Source: Nitrososphaerota archaeon
GTDB taxonomy: Archaea > Thermoproteota > Nitrososphaeria > Conexivisphaerales > DTJL01
Assembly (NCBI GenBank): GCA_021324115.1
Contig: JAJPJS010000016.1
Location: forward strand, 76,376 to 140,375
Length of the DNA stretch: 64,000 bases
Direction of reading: 5' to 3'
Positions 10,099 to 19,127 of the stretch are shown here, one piece after another. Each line of letters opens with the position of its first letter. Position 1 is the stretch's first letter. Below the pieces are notes generated by a model. The model ran no database searches. It was not told the DNA's origin and saw only the letters and a program-made list of their open reading frames with translations. A program made the translations under genes and the position numbers.

Positions 10099-11358
10099 TT
10101 AGACGAGCGTCTTCCGGATAAGGTCAGAAAATTCTTGCACGAAGGTCTCCCATTCGGCTAGGAGGTCGTAGTCAAATCTGACCTTTCCAGCAAACATCGG
10201 TATAGTGCTCTGCTTGTAGCCCGGAGGTGCCGTAAGGTCGAAGCGGAGAGCATCTTCTTTTCTTCCTGCTCCAAAGTTGGGGTATAAGAGTAGAATACCA
10301 TCTGCTCCATATTGGGAGGCGTAGGCGTACATCTGGTAGACGTCAGAGGATTGGATATCAATGGCTGTCTCAATTTCCTTGTACTTTGTATCAACTATGA
10401 AGCGTTTGCCATCGATGTCAACGCGTATATCCGGGATCATCTCGAAGTAGTTGCCGCCTGCTGAGGTGGAAGCGAGGTGACCAATGGACTGCTGGCTCAT
10501 TACTTTAGCTCCGGGCAGAATCCACTTCTCTTTGGAAAGGAGTGAAGCCACGAATTTCTGAAACAGTGACTCCATCGGAATTACGAAGGTGAATGTCTCG
10601 AAATTCGACTGCTGTGGTGATACTCCCGAATGATCCAGAAACAGCTTGCTGAGTTCGATGAATGGCTTGTACTGCTCGTTGAGACGAGAGAAGGTAATCC
10701 CTTCGATCTGTTGGATGTCTACCGGTGCCAGCGTAACGCCGTCCAGTTCTTCAACTATGTTGCGAAGCCTGGAGAAGGTGAAGTCTTGGGAGACTGTGCC
10801 AGAGAGAAGGTGGCAAACGTACCTTAGGGTTCGATTCAAGGTATTGTCTACAGTCCTCCCGTTGTAGATGCAGGGTATTCTGTGCATGGTCGCTGGGTTC
10901 GTGTAATGGCCGAAGTCGATACGGCCCTTTATGGAGCCTAAAACCTGCTCAACTACCTTGTATTCCCTGTATGGCTGGTCCTGGAGAGTCTCTTGCAAGC
11001 GCTTGGCGAAGATGTAGATGATTATCTCAAGGATGTTAAAATCCTTGATAGTTGAGAGATCCGCTGAACCTAACTCAGATACGTCAAAGTATTCTGAATA
11101 GTCGAGCATCTTTAGGAGATTTTTGGCAACAAGTTCTCGGTTCTGCTCGATGTCCTGTTCCTTGTAGATCTTGGGCAAGATTTCGATGTTTCTTTCACTC
11201 ACCTTAACAACCCCAACCCTGTTCTGCGGAATGATCTCTCCCGTGGCGTATTTTACCTCAATCAGTGGCGGCTCGCTTCGTAGAAGTGCCTCTACCTCGC
11301 GATGTGTCAGCCTGTCCTTCGGAACCCGTTTGTATTCAAAGAGCGAGATAGTATTCAA
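10099..11358 (-). CDS. mcrC: McrC-like PD-(D/E)xK nuclease subunit
   Basis: 419 aa. The C-terminal nuclease core, MIPDIRVDIDGKRFIVDTKYKE, fits D...D-x-K. The TTG start overlaps the stop of the upstream GTPase gene (TTGA), which suggests translational coupling. Confidence 0.7.
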   Translation of the reverse strand: MNTISLFEYKRVPKDRLTHREVEALLRSEPPLIEVKYATGEIIPQNRVGVVKVSERNIEILPKIYKEQDIEQNRELVAKNLLKMLDYSEYFDVSELGSADLSTIKDFNILEIIIYIFAKRLQETLQDQPYREYKVVEQVLGSIKGRIDFGHYTNPATMHRIPCIYNGRTVDNTLNRTLRYVCHLLSGTVSQDFTFSRLRNIVEELDGVTLAPVDIQQIEGITFSRLNEQYKPFIELSKLFLDHSGVSPQQSNFETFTFVIPMESLFQKFVASLLSKEKWILPGAKVMSQQSIGHLASTSAGGNYFEMIPDIRVDIDGKRFIVDTKYKEIETAIDIQSSDVYQMYAYASQYGADGILLLYPNFGAGRKEDALRFDLTAPPGYKQSTIPMFAGKVRFDYDLLAEWETFVQEFSDLIRKTLV

Positions 11359-13703
11359 GGAAGCGATGCAACCGCCTTAAGAAATTCGACAAAGTCGTCC
11401 TCGGAAACAGTGTCGGGATCCTTCAGTACGAAGGTGAAGTTGTTCCTTTCCGAGGGGGGCTCCTCGAATATCGTGGGGTTCTCCTTGAGGACCTCGTAGA
11501 ATTTCCGGCCGTTATTGTAGAAATATTCATCGAGAAGGGGAATTATCTCGTACCACCAGATTCGCTTCAGCGCCCGAATGGCGTCGGACCTCTGAGTATG
11601 GTCCCGAAGCTTAATGAAGTAAGCATGGCCTATCTGATGATTCCTATCATATTTCATACGCAGCCTATTGTTCAGACCTTTGAGACTTCCCGTTATCGCT
11701 TCTCTAATGTCTTGAGGGACGAGGCGAAGCTCTTGCTCAAGGATTTTATAGTCGGGCAGTAATTCCACGAACCTGAAGCGTCTGCGGAGAGCGACGTCAA
11801 TTAGAGCGATACTCCGGTCGGCCGTGTTCATGGTTCCTATAATGAATAGATTGGGAGGGATCCCGAACCCAGGCGACTTCGATGAATAGGTGAGGGGAAC
11901 TATGATCTGGTTTTCCCTGGTGAGTCGCTTATCGGCTTCTAGTAGGGTAATCAGTTCCCCGAAGATCTTGGAGATGTCGCCCCTGTTAATTTCGTCAATG
12001 ATCAGATAGAACTTGTTTTGGTCCTTCTTCGCTTCAGCCTGGACCCTCGACTTCTCTTCAGGCGAAAGAGCAAGGAGGGACTTGGAAGTGTCCCAGGTCT
12101 TATGGATTGCGGCGCTATCCAGCAGAGCGTTCAGCGCCTCCATGCAGAACGCCTTGAACTTCCCATCTTTGACCTCGAAGGCCAACCCACCGCTTGGATT
12201 GGGGTTGGGCCGTATGCCTTCAATGAATTCTTCGTAGCTGTAGGAGGGATGGAAGGTGATGAACATCTTCCTGTTGTCGTCGATTGTCTCAACGAACTTG
12301 AGAGCAGCGTAGGTCTTTCCTGTTCCTGGTGGGCCGTATAGAATTACCTGGGAGGCTGCCTCAAGCGCCTCTTTGATCTTCTCTGTTGTCGGATCAGGAG
12401 GAGTTGTGTTGGTGGGACCACCACTGAAGAACGGAAGATTCTGCTCAGATACCGACCTGTAATACTCATTAATGATTGCAACGAGCGGTTCAGGAGCTCG
12501 CGTAAGATAAGCTCCCTGGTTAAGATCAAGGTTCTTGTCAAAGAATATACTATCGTTCGACTTTGCGTAATAGTCTCTTAATTCGGTCTCTTTCGTACGC
12601 CGCAGATCAAACCATTTGATCGGAGGTGTGAGTTCAGTGTAGTCATAAAGCTCGACGTGATATCCATCCGTAGGACCGTTCGAAGTCCAATCCGTTCCTT
12701 GAGGTATCGTGAAGGTCGTGTGTTCCGCCTTTACTTTGGAAACTCCAAGGAAGGTATTTGAGTCCTGACTCAAGTGAAGAACGATATCCCCCGGTTTGAC
12801 CTTCGTCATGTTCTCCCACCTACGTTGATTTCCCGACTTCTGAGGCGACCAGAGACTCTTTCCAAAAGCGGTTTCTGGAAGGCCTGGTTGCTCCAGCTTA
12901 TGTTTCGACTGAGTGGCCTTTTCGATCCACCAGTTTGGTCCAATCTGACCTGCACCTTCAGATGAACCGGCTCCTCTATTGGCATCTCCCTTGCGTTTCT
13001 TCTTCCATCCAGGTTTCATTGATTCGTCGTATAGGAATTTGGAATATTCCCAAGTGGTCACGCCTGGGCGGAGTTTCTCTTTGAATTCGAGAAGTCTCTC
13101 TCGTGTTTCTATTACCTGTTCCCCAGGGGTTTTGTTGGTCAGATCGTCCCTTGGAATTCCGAGGTAATCCATTATCATATACCGATCCCGCAATGACAAT
13201 ACGGCTAAATTCTTGTCAGGCGCATATAGGTAAAGAAGGCCATTTAGGATTACGGCTCTATTTCCCGTGATATAGTTCCGCTTTCCCTTGTTTAGGTTAT
13301 AGATCTGATTGATGAGCTCGACCTGCTTCGCCTTGTCCTGGGCCCTGAAGAGTTCATCAATCTTGGACCTAATCTCGACATTAGCATGAATACTTTCAAG
13401 CGCCTTCAGAATGTTGTCCTTCACCATCCCTGTTCTTGCAACCGGAATTATCTCCATTCCTGGGACCTTCTCTGCACTACTTTCTAGAAGCCTCAGAATT
13501 GGGGCCATTTCGCTTTGAGGAATTGTCTGAAGTTGTTCATTCATCATTTTGGACTGCCAAAATTTCTTGAAGTAAACACTCTGATCCATCAATAGGTTAA
13601 TGGTTCTTTGTTCACGGGCTGAAAATTGATCATGGAACTGCTCGAAGACAGCTTTGATCTTTGCAAGATCGCCCGAATCTTTTTCTTCGCCAGCAGTTTT
13701 CAC
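11355..13703 (-). CDS. mcrB: McrB-like AAA+ GTPase with long N-terminal extension
   Basis: 782 aa. The McrB-type core is present: ILYGPPGTGKTYA (Walker A), FYLIIDEINRGDISKIFGEL (Walker B), NLFIIGTMNTADRSIALIDVALRRRF. It is preceded by about 430 aa with no NTPase motifs. Confidence 0.8.
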   Translation of the reverse strand: MKTAGEEKDSGDLAKIKAVFEQFHDQFSAREQRTINLLMDQSVYFKKFWQSKMMNEQLQTIPQSEMAPILRLLESSAEKVPGMEIIPVARTGMVKDNILKALESIHANVEIRSKIDELFRAQDKAKQVELINQIYNLNKGKRNYITGNRAVILNGLLYLYAPDKNLAVLSLRDRYMIMDYLGIPRDDLTNKTPGEQVIETRERLLEFKEKLRPGVTTWEYSKFLYDESMKPGWKKKRKGDANRGAGSSEGAGQIGPNWWIEKATQSKHKLEQPGLPETAFGKSLWSPQKSGNQRRWENMTKVKPGDIVLHLSQDSNTFLGVSKVKAEHTTFTIPQGTDWTSNGPTDGYHVELYDYTELTPPIKWFDLRRTKETELRDYYAKSNDSIFFDKNLDLNQGAYLTRAPEPLVAIINEYYRSVSEQNLPFFSGGPTNTTPPDPTTEKIKEALEAASQVILYGPPGTGKTYAALKFVETIDDNRKMFITFHPSYSYEEFIEGIRPNPNPSGGLAFEVKDGKFKAFCMEALNALLDSAAIHKTWDTSKSLLALSPEEKSRVQAEAKKDQNKFYLIIDEINRGDISKIFGELITLLEADKRLTRENQIIVPLTYSSKSPGFGIPPNLFIIGTMNTADRSIALIDVALRRRFRFVELLPDYKILEQELRLVPQDIREAITGSLKGLNNRLRMKYDRNHQIGHAYFIKLRDHTQRSDAIRALKRIWWYEIIPLLDEYFYNNGRKFYEVLKENPTIFEEPPSERNNFTFVLKDPDTVSEDDFVEFLKAVASLP

Positions 13704-14093
13704 GCTGAAGGATGTGAGCCAGATACTTATATCTCAAACCTGCGAATCTCAGCAGAGCACGCCAAGACCCAAATGCCTTTAACCGGCCCGCAGGTGTAAC
13801 TTAGGGGCAATATTCTGGAATGATTGGTTTCGATGCGAGTCAGGCGATGCTCGAGGTAGATTTGGTTCATTCAGGTAAGGCCATATTCCCCTATCTATCT
13901 TGTTCACGCTTCTCTAATTCTGTTTTCCATTTAGGGAACGGTCCATCATCAAATGATGGTAGGTACGTTTTGCTCCACTCTAAGCTTTCTCGCAAGATGA
14001 AATCGAGTTCTAGAACTGTTCTAGACAGTTCCGGTCCTTTGTTCAAAAGTGTTGGGTTATGAATCTGGCAATTCTAACCCTGTCTGACAGAAG

Positions 14094-14381
14094 ATGATAT
14101 CAATCGCGGCAATTGCGGCACTTGGAGGGGCCTCTGCCCTGGCAGCGACCGCGGTGGCTACGGGGGACGCATCCATGCTTGCGCATGCTGCGGGCTTCGT
14201 GCCGCCCGGTCTTCACGTAGCTCTATCGCACGTGCCCCAGAGCAGCCATGCATACCAGGTCCTTTCGCAACATCTTTCCGACTACGCGCAGAACGGTGGC
14301 GTGGGCGCCGCTGGTTCGGCTGGCGCCGCCGCCGTAGCAAAGAAGGGAATCGCCCACGGCCTGGTATCCAAGCTGAAGTAA
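14094..14381 (+). CDS. hypothetical small Ala/Gly-rich protein with hydrophobic N-terminus
   Basis: 95-aa ORF (MISIAAIAALGGASALAATAVATG...) followed by an oligo-T tract. An antisense ORF overlaps it, so coding status is uncertain. Confidence 0.3.
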   Translation: MISIAAIAALGGASALAATAVATGDASMLAHAAGFVPPGLHVALSHVPQSSHAYQVLSQHLSDYAQNGGVGAAGSAGAAAVAKKGIAHGLVSKLK

Positions 14382-14398
14382 GCATTCGAAAACACCTC

Positions 14399-14411
14399 TT
14401 ATTTTTTATTT
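14399..14411 (+). terminator. oligo-T tract (archaeal-type terminator candidate)
   Basis: TTATTTTTTATTT lies 18 nt after the stop at 14381. Confidence 0.3.
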
Positions 14412-14500
14412 AACAGACGATTTCCTCACTGTGAAGGATGCGATTTTTGCCATCAGTCTGGACCTTATCCAGAATCACTTTGCATGTCAGCTACAAATGC

Positions 14501-14507
14501 TTTTAAG
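14501..14507 (+). promoter_or_regulatory. TATA-box-like element upstream of EF-2
   Basis: TTTTAAG lies about 55 nt upstream of the TTG start. A GGTAGGTG Shine-Dalgarno-like motif sits at 14545-14552. Confidence 0.3.
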
Positions 14508-14560
14508 CAGCCCGAAAAAGGCTCTTTCCGCAAAGGCTTCTGTGGTAGGTGTGTTGAATT

Positions 14561-17500
14561 TTGCCCAGATACAAGTCGACCGGCGAGGCGCTCAGGATAA
14601 TTTCGAATAAGGAGCAGATCAGGAATTTCGGTGTCATAGCTCACGTTGACCATGGGAAATGCATAGACGGGGATTCACTCGTTACCCTCACCACCGGTGA
14701 AATGTGCCCCATAAAGGAGCTATATGCAAATCAGAGAAGCAAACAGGAAAGGGTGCCAATCGAAGGCGGCCTGATGGTCGACTCGATGAATCCAGGTACA
14801 ACAAGGATAGAAGACAGACCCGCAACTGCCGTCTGGAATCTCGGTTCTGAGAGTCTGGTCGAGGTTTTGCTGGAGGACGGAAGATGCGTCAGGGTGACCC
14901 CGGAGCATCCCTTCTATTCTCTGTCCTCGTCAGGCTTCCTGGTGGCCAAGGAAGCGCGGAACCTGCGGAAGGGAGATTCGGTTGCAGTCGCAGGGGTTTT
15001 GAAGAGTGTGGGCTCGGACATTGACGACCTCAAAGGAGAAATCCTTTCGAAACTCGCCAAAAACAGGAACTGGACCGCGCACCCTGGTAATGTGTTCTAT
15101 GGCGCATTTTCGCAGGCTCTACCGGCCTCTCACTCGTCAGAGAAGGTTGTTGGCCAGCTTGTGGGCGAAGACAACGGGAAATCCGGTGATGAAAAACACG
15201 AAGTCGGGTTCAAACTTTCCGAACTGGTCGACATTGCCGCTCGAACTGGGATATCCGCGGGCAAGCTGTACGACATGATAGATTCAATAGAATATGATTC
15301 ACCGGTCGGCGGCAATCACGCCGGTTCGGGCGATCTCAGGCTGCCGAAGACTATCGAGGAATTTCGGGAACTTTTCTACCTTGCAGGACGATATTGTGCA
15401 CGGTATAGTACTCGGGACCTCGCATCTGGAAGGCACATCGAACTCGGCAGGTCAGGTGACCTATCCGATGACTTTCTCCGGATTCCATCGGCGGCAAACG
15501 GGAATATTTCCAAGTCGGACGGCCATCTGAAGCATACTTTGTTTAGATTTTTCAATGATATATTCGGATTCTCTGGCGCACGAACGGAAGCTTTAACCAG
15601 GATACCCAGGGTGATATCGATATCCCGTAACGAACTTCTAGCCTGGTTCCTCAGGGGCCTGTTTGATATGCATGCCAGAGTCGATCCGGAAAAAGGCCGC
15701 ATTTCATTTGTCACAAAGTCAAAAATACTCGCCGAAGAGGTGTCACTTTTACTGTTGCGGTTTGGTGTCTCAGCCATCAGGTCGTACAGGGGTTCTCGTT
15801 ACACGCTCCTTATTTCTGGAAAAGAAGCCTTCCTTTTTGTCGAAAGGATAGGCTCCGGGGTGGCTACCAGGCGCCCACAGCTGGAAAGTTTGACCAAAGG
15901 ATCCGCCAAGAACAGGCAGGACCCCATACCGATAGGCGTGGCAGAGCTGAAGACCGTAAGGGTCGTTGTCGGACTTGACAGCACTATAAGTGAGATGCCT
16001 GATTACCGATTCCTGGAAAAGGGCCAACGACGGATAACGCCGTCAGAACTGAAAAGTATGATTACCGTATTCGAGCGACAGCTGACCCAGAAGGAAAAGA
16101 TTCGGGAGAAGGCTTTGGTGCTCGAATTTGTGTCCAGAAGCACCGGAAAGAAACATTCACCACTCAGACCCCCACTCGAAAAGCATCTCTCTGAAGCCTT
16201 GCTTGATCAGCTCAAGGCCGACGGCCTTGTAAAGCGCTCGAAAAACACTGTTCATATCACCCCCTTTGGTAAGGATGTTTTGAACGCCTGGAGATCTATC
16301 ATCTCCGGGGACGATTCCGTGGTAGCAAGGATACAGACCATCCTCATGCAATGGAAGGCCCTGTCAGAGGGCGAAGTGAAATTCAGGAAGGTCAGGTCTG
16401 TGGAAGCCAGGTCAGGCGTTTTCTCTGTTTACGACCTGACCGTTCCGGAGACCCACACCTATATTGCAAACGGAATAATCGTCCACAACACCACCACAAG
16501 CGACAGCCTTCTCGCTGCCTGCGGCATGCTGTCCCCGAGCGTAGCCGGTCAGGCCCTCGCCCTTGACTATATGCCTCTGGAACAGCAGCGTCAGATGACC
16601 ATAAAGGCTGCCAACGTGACACTGTACTACGAGCATGACGGAACTCCTTATGTTTTCAACATGATAGACACGCCGGGGCACATCGACTTCACGGGCAAGG
16701 TCACGAGAAGCTTGAGGGCTATCGATGGAGCCGTAGTCGTTGTAGACTCGGTAGAAGGTGTGATGACCCAGACGGAAACCGTGACCAGGCAGGCCCTTGA
16801 AGAGAGGGTGCGGCCGGTGCTCTACATCAACAAGATAGACAGGCTGGTGAAGGAGCTCCGTCTGACCCCAGACAAGATGCTCTCCTGGCTTGCTAACATA
16901 ATAGGCGAATTCAACAACCTGGTGAATCTGTATGCCGAGCCGGAGTTCAGGGACAAATGGAAGGTGAGCATCCAGGACAACAGCGTCGCGTTCGGCAGTT
17001 CGAAGGACAAGTGGGGTTTCAATCAGACGATGGCCGCCAGGTCCGGCATCAAATTCAAGGATGTCTACGACGCCTACACAACTGGTGACCCGAAGACCCT
17101 GGCTGAAAGGTCTCCCCTTCACGAGGCGATACTCACGATGGTGATCAAACACCATCCCCCTCCTCACGTTGCACAGGGGTACAGAATCCCCAAGATATGG
17201 AAGGGTGACCTGAACAGCGATGTAGGCAAGGCTCTCCTTTCCTGCGACGAAAATGGTCCCACCGTGATGATGGTTACAAACGTTGTCGTTGACCCGCAGG
17301 CAGGAATCGTGGCCACCGGAAGGCTGTTCTCCGGCACGGTAAGGGATGGAGATTCTGTGTACCTTCTTGACGCCAAGAGGGAGGGCAGGATACAGAGTGT
17401 GAACATGTACATGGGGAACGTAAGGGAGATGGTGGGGGCGCTACCCGCCGGTAACATCCCAGCATTGCTGGGGTTAGAATACGCCCGTTCTGGCGAAACA

Positions 17501-18583
17501 CTCAGCTCGGTCAAGGGAATAGTACCATTCGAGGGAATAAAGTACGTCTCCGAACCGGTTGTCACGGTGGCGATCGAGGCAAAGAACCCGAGGGACCTGC
17601 CCAAGCTTGTCGACGCACTGCAGAAGATGCACATAGAAGACCCCAACCTGATTGTAAAGATAAATGAAGAATCGGGCGAAACACTTCTGTCTGGAATGGG
17701 TGTCCTGCATCTCGAGATAGCCACCACCCTGCTTCAGGACCAGGGACTGGACATTGTTACAAGTCAGCCGCTCATCAACTACAGGGAGACCATTCAGACC
17801 AAGGCCGGTCCCATAATGTCAAAGAGTCCGAACAGACACAACAAGATATACATTAGGGTGGAACCCCTGCCCGAAGAAATCATAGCCAAGATAAGAAGCG
17901 GCGAGATAAGCGAAACCGCTGACAGAAAGGGGATCGCAAAAATGCTCAGGGATATGGGGTGGGACTCGGACGAGGCGAGAAGTGTGGCTGGCGTCGACGA
18001 CAAGGGGAACATGCTGCTCGACCAGACAAAGGGAGTACAGTTCATGCAGGAGTCGATGGACTCCATCCGCGCTGGCTTCGATGATGTGATGAACAACGGT
18101 CCACTCGCATATGAATACTGCAGGGGCGTCAAAGTTGTCATTCATCACTTCGTCCCGCATGAAGACCCTGCCCACAGGACCTACGCGCAGCTGATGCCTG
18201 CGGCGAGGAGGGCGATACTTGGTGCGATGCTGCTCGCCCAGCCAGTACTGCTGGAACCCATACAGGGTATTGAGGTCAAATGCGGGGTGGACCAGATTGG
18301 GGACGTCACGAGGGTACTTTCCAGCAAGAGAGGAAAGCTTCTGAACATAGATCAGAAGGAGGTTCTTGCGATAGTTGAAGGAGAAATTCCAGCGGCTGAA
18401 ACGTTTGACCTCAGCGAGGTGATGAGAGGTGCTACGGCAGGCAAGGCGGTCTGGAATATTCATTTCAAGTCCTGGAATCCACTACCTGTCTCACTGCAAA
18501 AATCGGTCGTCACACAAGTAAGAAAACGGAAGGGGCTGCCAGAGGAAGTACCACCGCCAACCGACTTCATAGATACGGAATAA
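14561..18583 (+). CDS. fusA: translation elongation factor 2 (aEF-2) precursor containing an intein
   Basis: The exteins read ...IRNFGVIAHVDHGK|TTTSDSLLAACGMLS...MIDTPGHIDF...YINKIDRL...HEDPAHR... and total about 730 aa, as expected for aEF-2. The apparent start is TTG, with an in-frame TGA two codons upstream. Confidence 0.92.
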   Translation: MPRYKSTGEALRIISNKEQIRNFGVIAHVDHGKCIDGDSLVTLTTGEMCPIKELYANQRSKQERVPIEGGLMVDSMNPGTTRIEDRPATAVWNLGSESLVEVLLEDGRCVRVTPEHPFYSLSSSGFLVAKEARNLRKGDSVAVAGVLKSVGSDIDDLKGEILSKLAKNRNWTAHPGNVFYGAFSQALPASHSSEKVVGQLVGEDNGKSGDEKHEVGFKLSELVDIAARTGISAGKLYDMIDSIEYDSPVGGNHAGSGDLRLPKTIEEFRELFYLAGRYCARYSTRDLASGRHIELGRSGDLSDDFLRIPSAANGNISKSDGHLKHTLFRFFNDIFGFSGARTEALTRIPRVISISRNELLAWFLRGLFDMHARVDPEKGRISFVTKSKILAEEVSLLLLRFGVSAIRSYRGSRYTLLISGKEAFLFVERIGSGVATRRPQLESLTKGSAKNRQDPIPIGVAELKTVRVVVGLDSTISEMPDYRFLEKGQRRITPSELKSMITVFERQLTQKEKIREKALVLEFVSRSTGKKHSPLRPPLEKHLSEALLDQLKADGLVKRSKNTVHITPFGKDVLNAWRSIISGDDSVVARIQTILMQWKALSEGEVKFRKVRSVEARSGVFSVYDLTVPETHTYIANGIIVHNTTTSDSLLAACGMLSPSVAGQALALDYMPLEQQRQMTIKAANVTLYYEHDGTPYVFNMIDTPGHIDFTGKVTRSLRAIDGAVVVVDSVEGVMTQTETVTRQALEERVRPVLYINKIDRLVKELRLTPDKMLSWLANIIGEFNNLVNLYAEPEFRDKWKVSIQDNSVAFGSSKDKWGFNQTMAARSGIKFKDVYDAYTTGDPKTLAERSPLHEAILTMVIKHHPPPHVAQGYRIPKIWKGDLNSDVGKALLSCDENGPTVMMVTNVVVDPQAGIVATGRLFSGTVRDGDSVYLLDAKREGRIQSVNMYMGNVREMVGALPAGNIPALLGLEYARSGETLSSVKGIVPFEGIKYVSEPVVTVAIEAKNPRDLPKLVDALQKMHIEDPNLIVKINEESGETLLSGMGVLHLEIATTLLQDQGLDIVTSQPLINYRETIQTKAGPIMSKSPNRHNKIYIRVEPLPEEIIAKIRSGEISETADRKGIAKMLRDMGWDSDEARSVAGVDDKGNMLLDQTKGVQFMQESMDSIRAGFDDVMNNGPLAYEYCRGVKVVIHHFVPHEDPAHRTYAQLMPAARRAILGAMLLAQPVLLEPIQGIEVKCGVDQIGDVTRVLSSKRGKLLNIDQKEVLAIVEGEIPAAETFDLSEVMRGATAGKAVWNIHFKSWNPLPVSLQKSVVTQVRKRKGLPEEVPPPTDFIDTE
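14660..16489 (+). mobile_element. intein (610 aa) with LAGLIDADG-like endonuclease region, inserted in the EF-2 P-loop
   Basis: It starts CIDGDSLVTL (block A), contains RVTPEHPFY (block B, TxxH) and ends THTYIANGIIVHN, followed by Thr+1. The internal segments FYLAGRYCARY and LAWFLRGLFDMHARV resemble LAGLIDADG blocks. Confidence 0.9.
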
Positions 18584-18635
18584 GCTGGTTGACTCTTTTC
18601 ACTAAAAAAAGCAATATATCATGTATCAAGCACTA

Positions 18636-19127
18636 TCAGCCTTGGAACCAGGACGTGCAGTGCTGTGGGGTTGCCCACTGCCCCCATCCATAAGCCCAGT
18701 ACCAGGTTTGGGTGCAGGCTTGTAGAAGGTCACCAGGTTGAATCTCTTCGGGAAAACAGCCCCAAATCGTACAAACTTTGTAGAATCGAGTAGTCGAACC
18801 CGTAGCCATGGTAAACACGAGGCTAGCCCATTCAGTCGTTTTTGTCAGGTCGCGGAAAGTTAGAACGATTCTGCTGAAGTTGGATTGATAGCAGAAAAAT
18901 CCAGGAATACCATTGTAGTTATTAGAACTGGCGAACCACGATATGGATAATTCATTGCCCACCGACTCGGGAACATAAATCAAAGCATTCGAAACCCTAG
19001 AGTAACCAAAGCAATCCTGCCAGAAGTACTTAATTTGAGCGTTTGATTGAGCGAAGACAACAACCTGGGGAACCACGAACAGTGTAGCCAGTACCACTAT
19101 TCCAATAATTATGCTAGTTTTTTGCAT
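18636..19127 (-). CDS. secreted Trp/Cys-rich hypothetical protein
   Basis: A signal-peptide-like N-terminus, MQKTSIIIGIVVLATLFVVPQVVVFAQS, starts at the ATG at 19127 (the ORF is open to 19151). I recognise no motif. Confidence 0.5.
   Translation of the reverse strand: MQKTSIIIGIVVLATLFVVPQVVVFAQSNAQIKYFWQDCFGYSRVSNALIYVPESVGNELSISWFASSNNYNGIPGFFCYQSNFSRIVLTFRDLTKTTEWASLVFTMATGSTTRFYKVCTIWGCFPEEIQPGDLLQACTQTWYWAYGWGQWATPQHCTSWFQG

Noticed and set aside
14158-14385. 75-aa minus-strand ORF overlapping the 95-aa plus-strand ORF.
   Set aside because: It is Arg/Pro-rich, with the shadow-like composition expected in GC-rich coding or Ala-rich antisense sequence. The plus-strand ORF is kept only at low confidence.
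16412-17167. 251-aa minus-strand ORF, plus others at 17164-17727 and 17819-18463.
   Set aside because: They are entirely antisense to the well-supported EF-2 coding sequence, with Arg/Gly/Val-rich shadow-frame composition.
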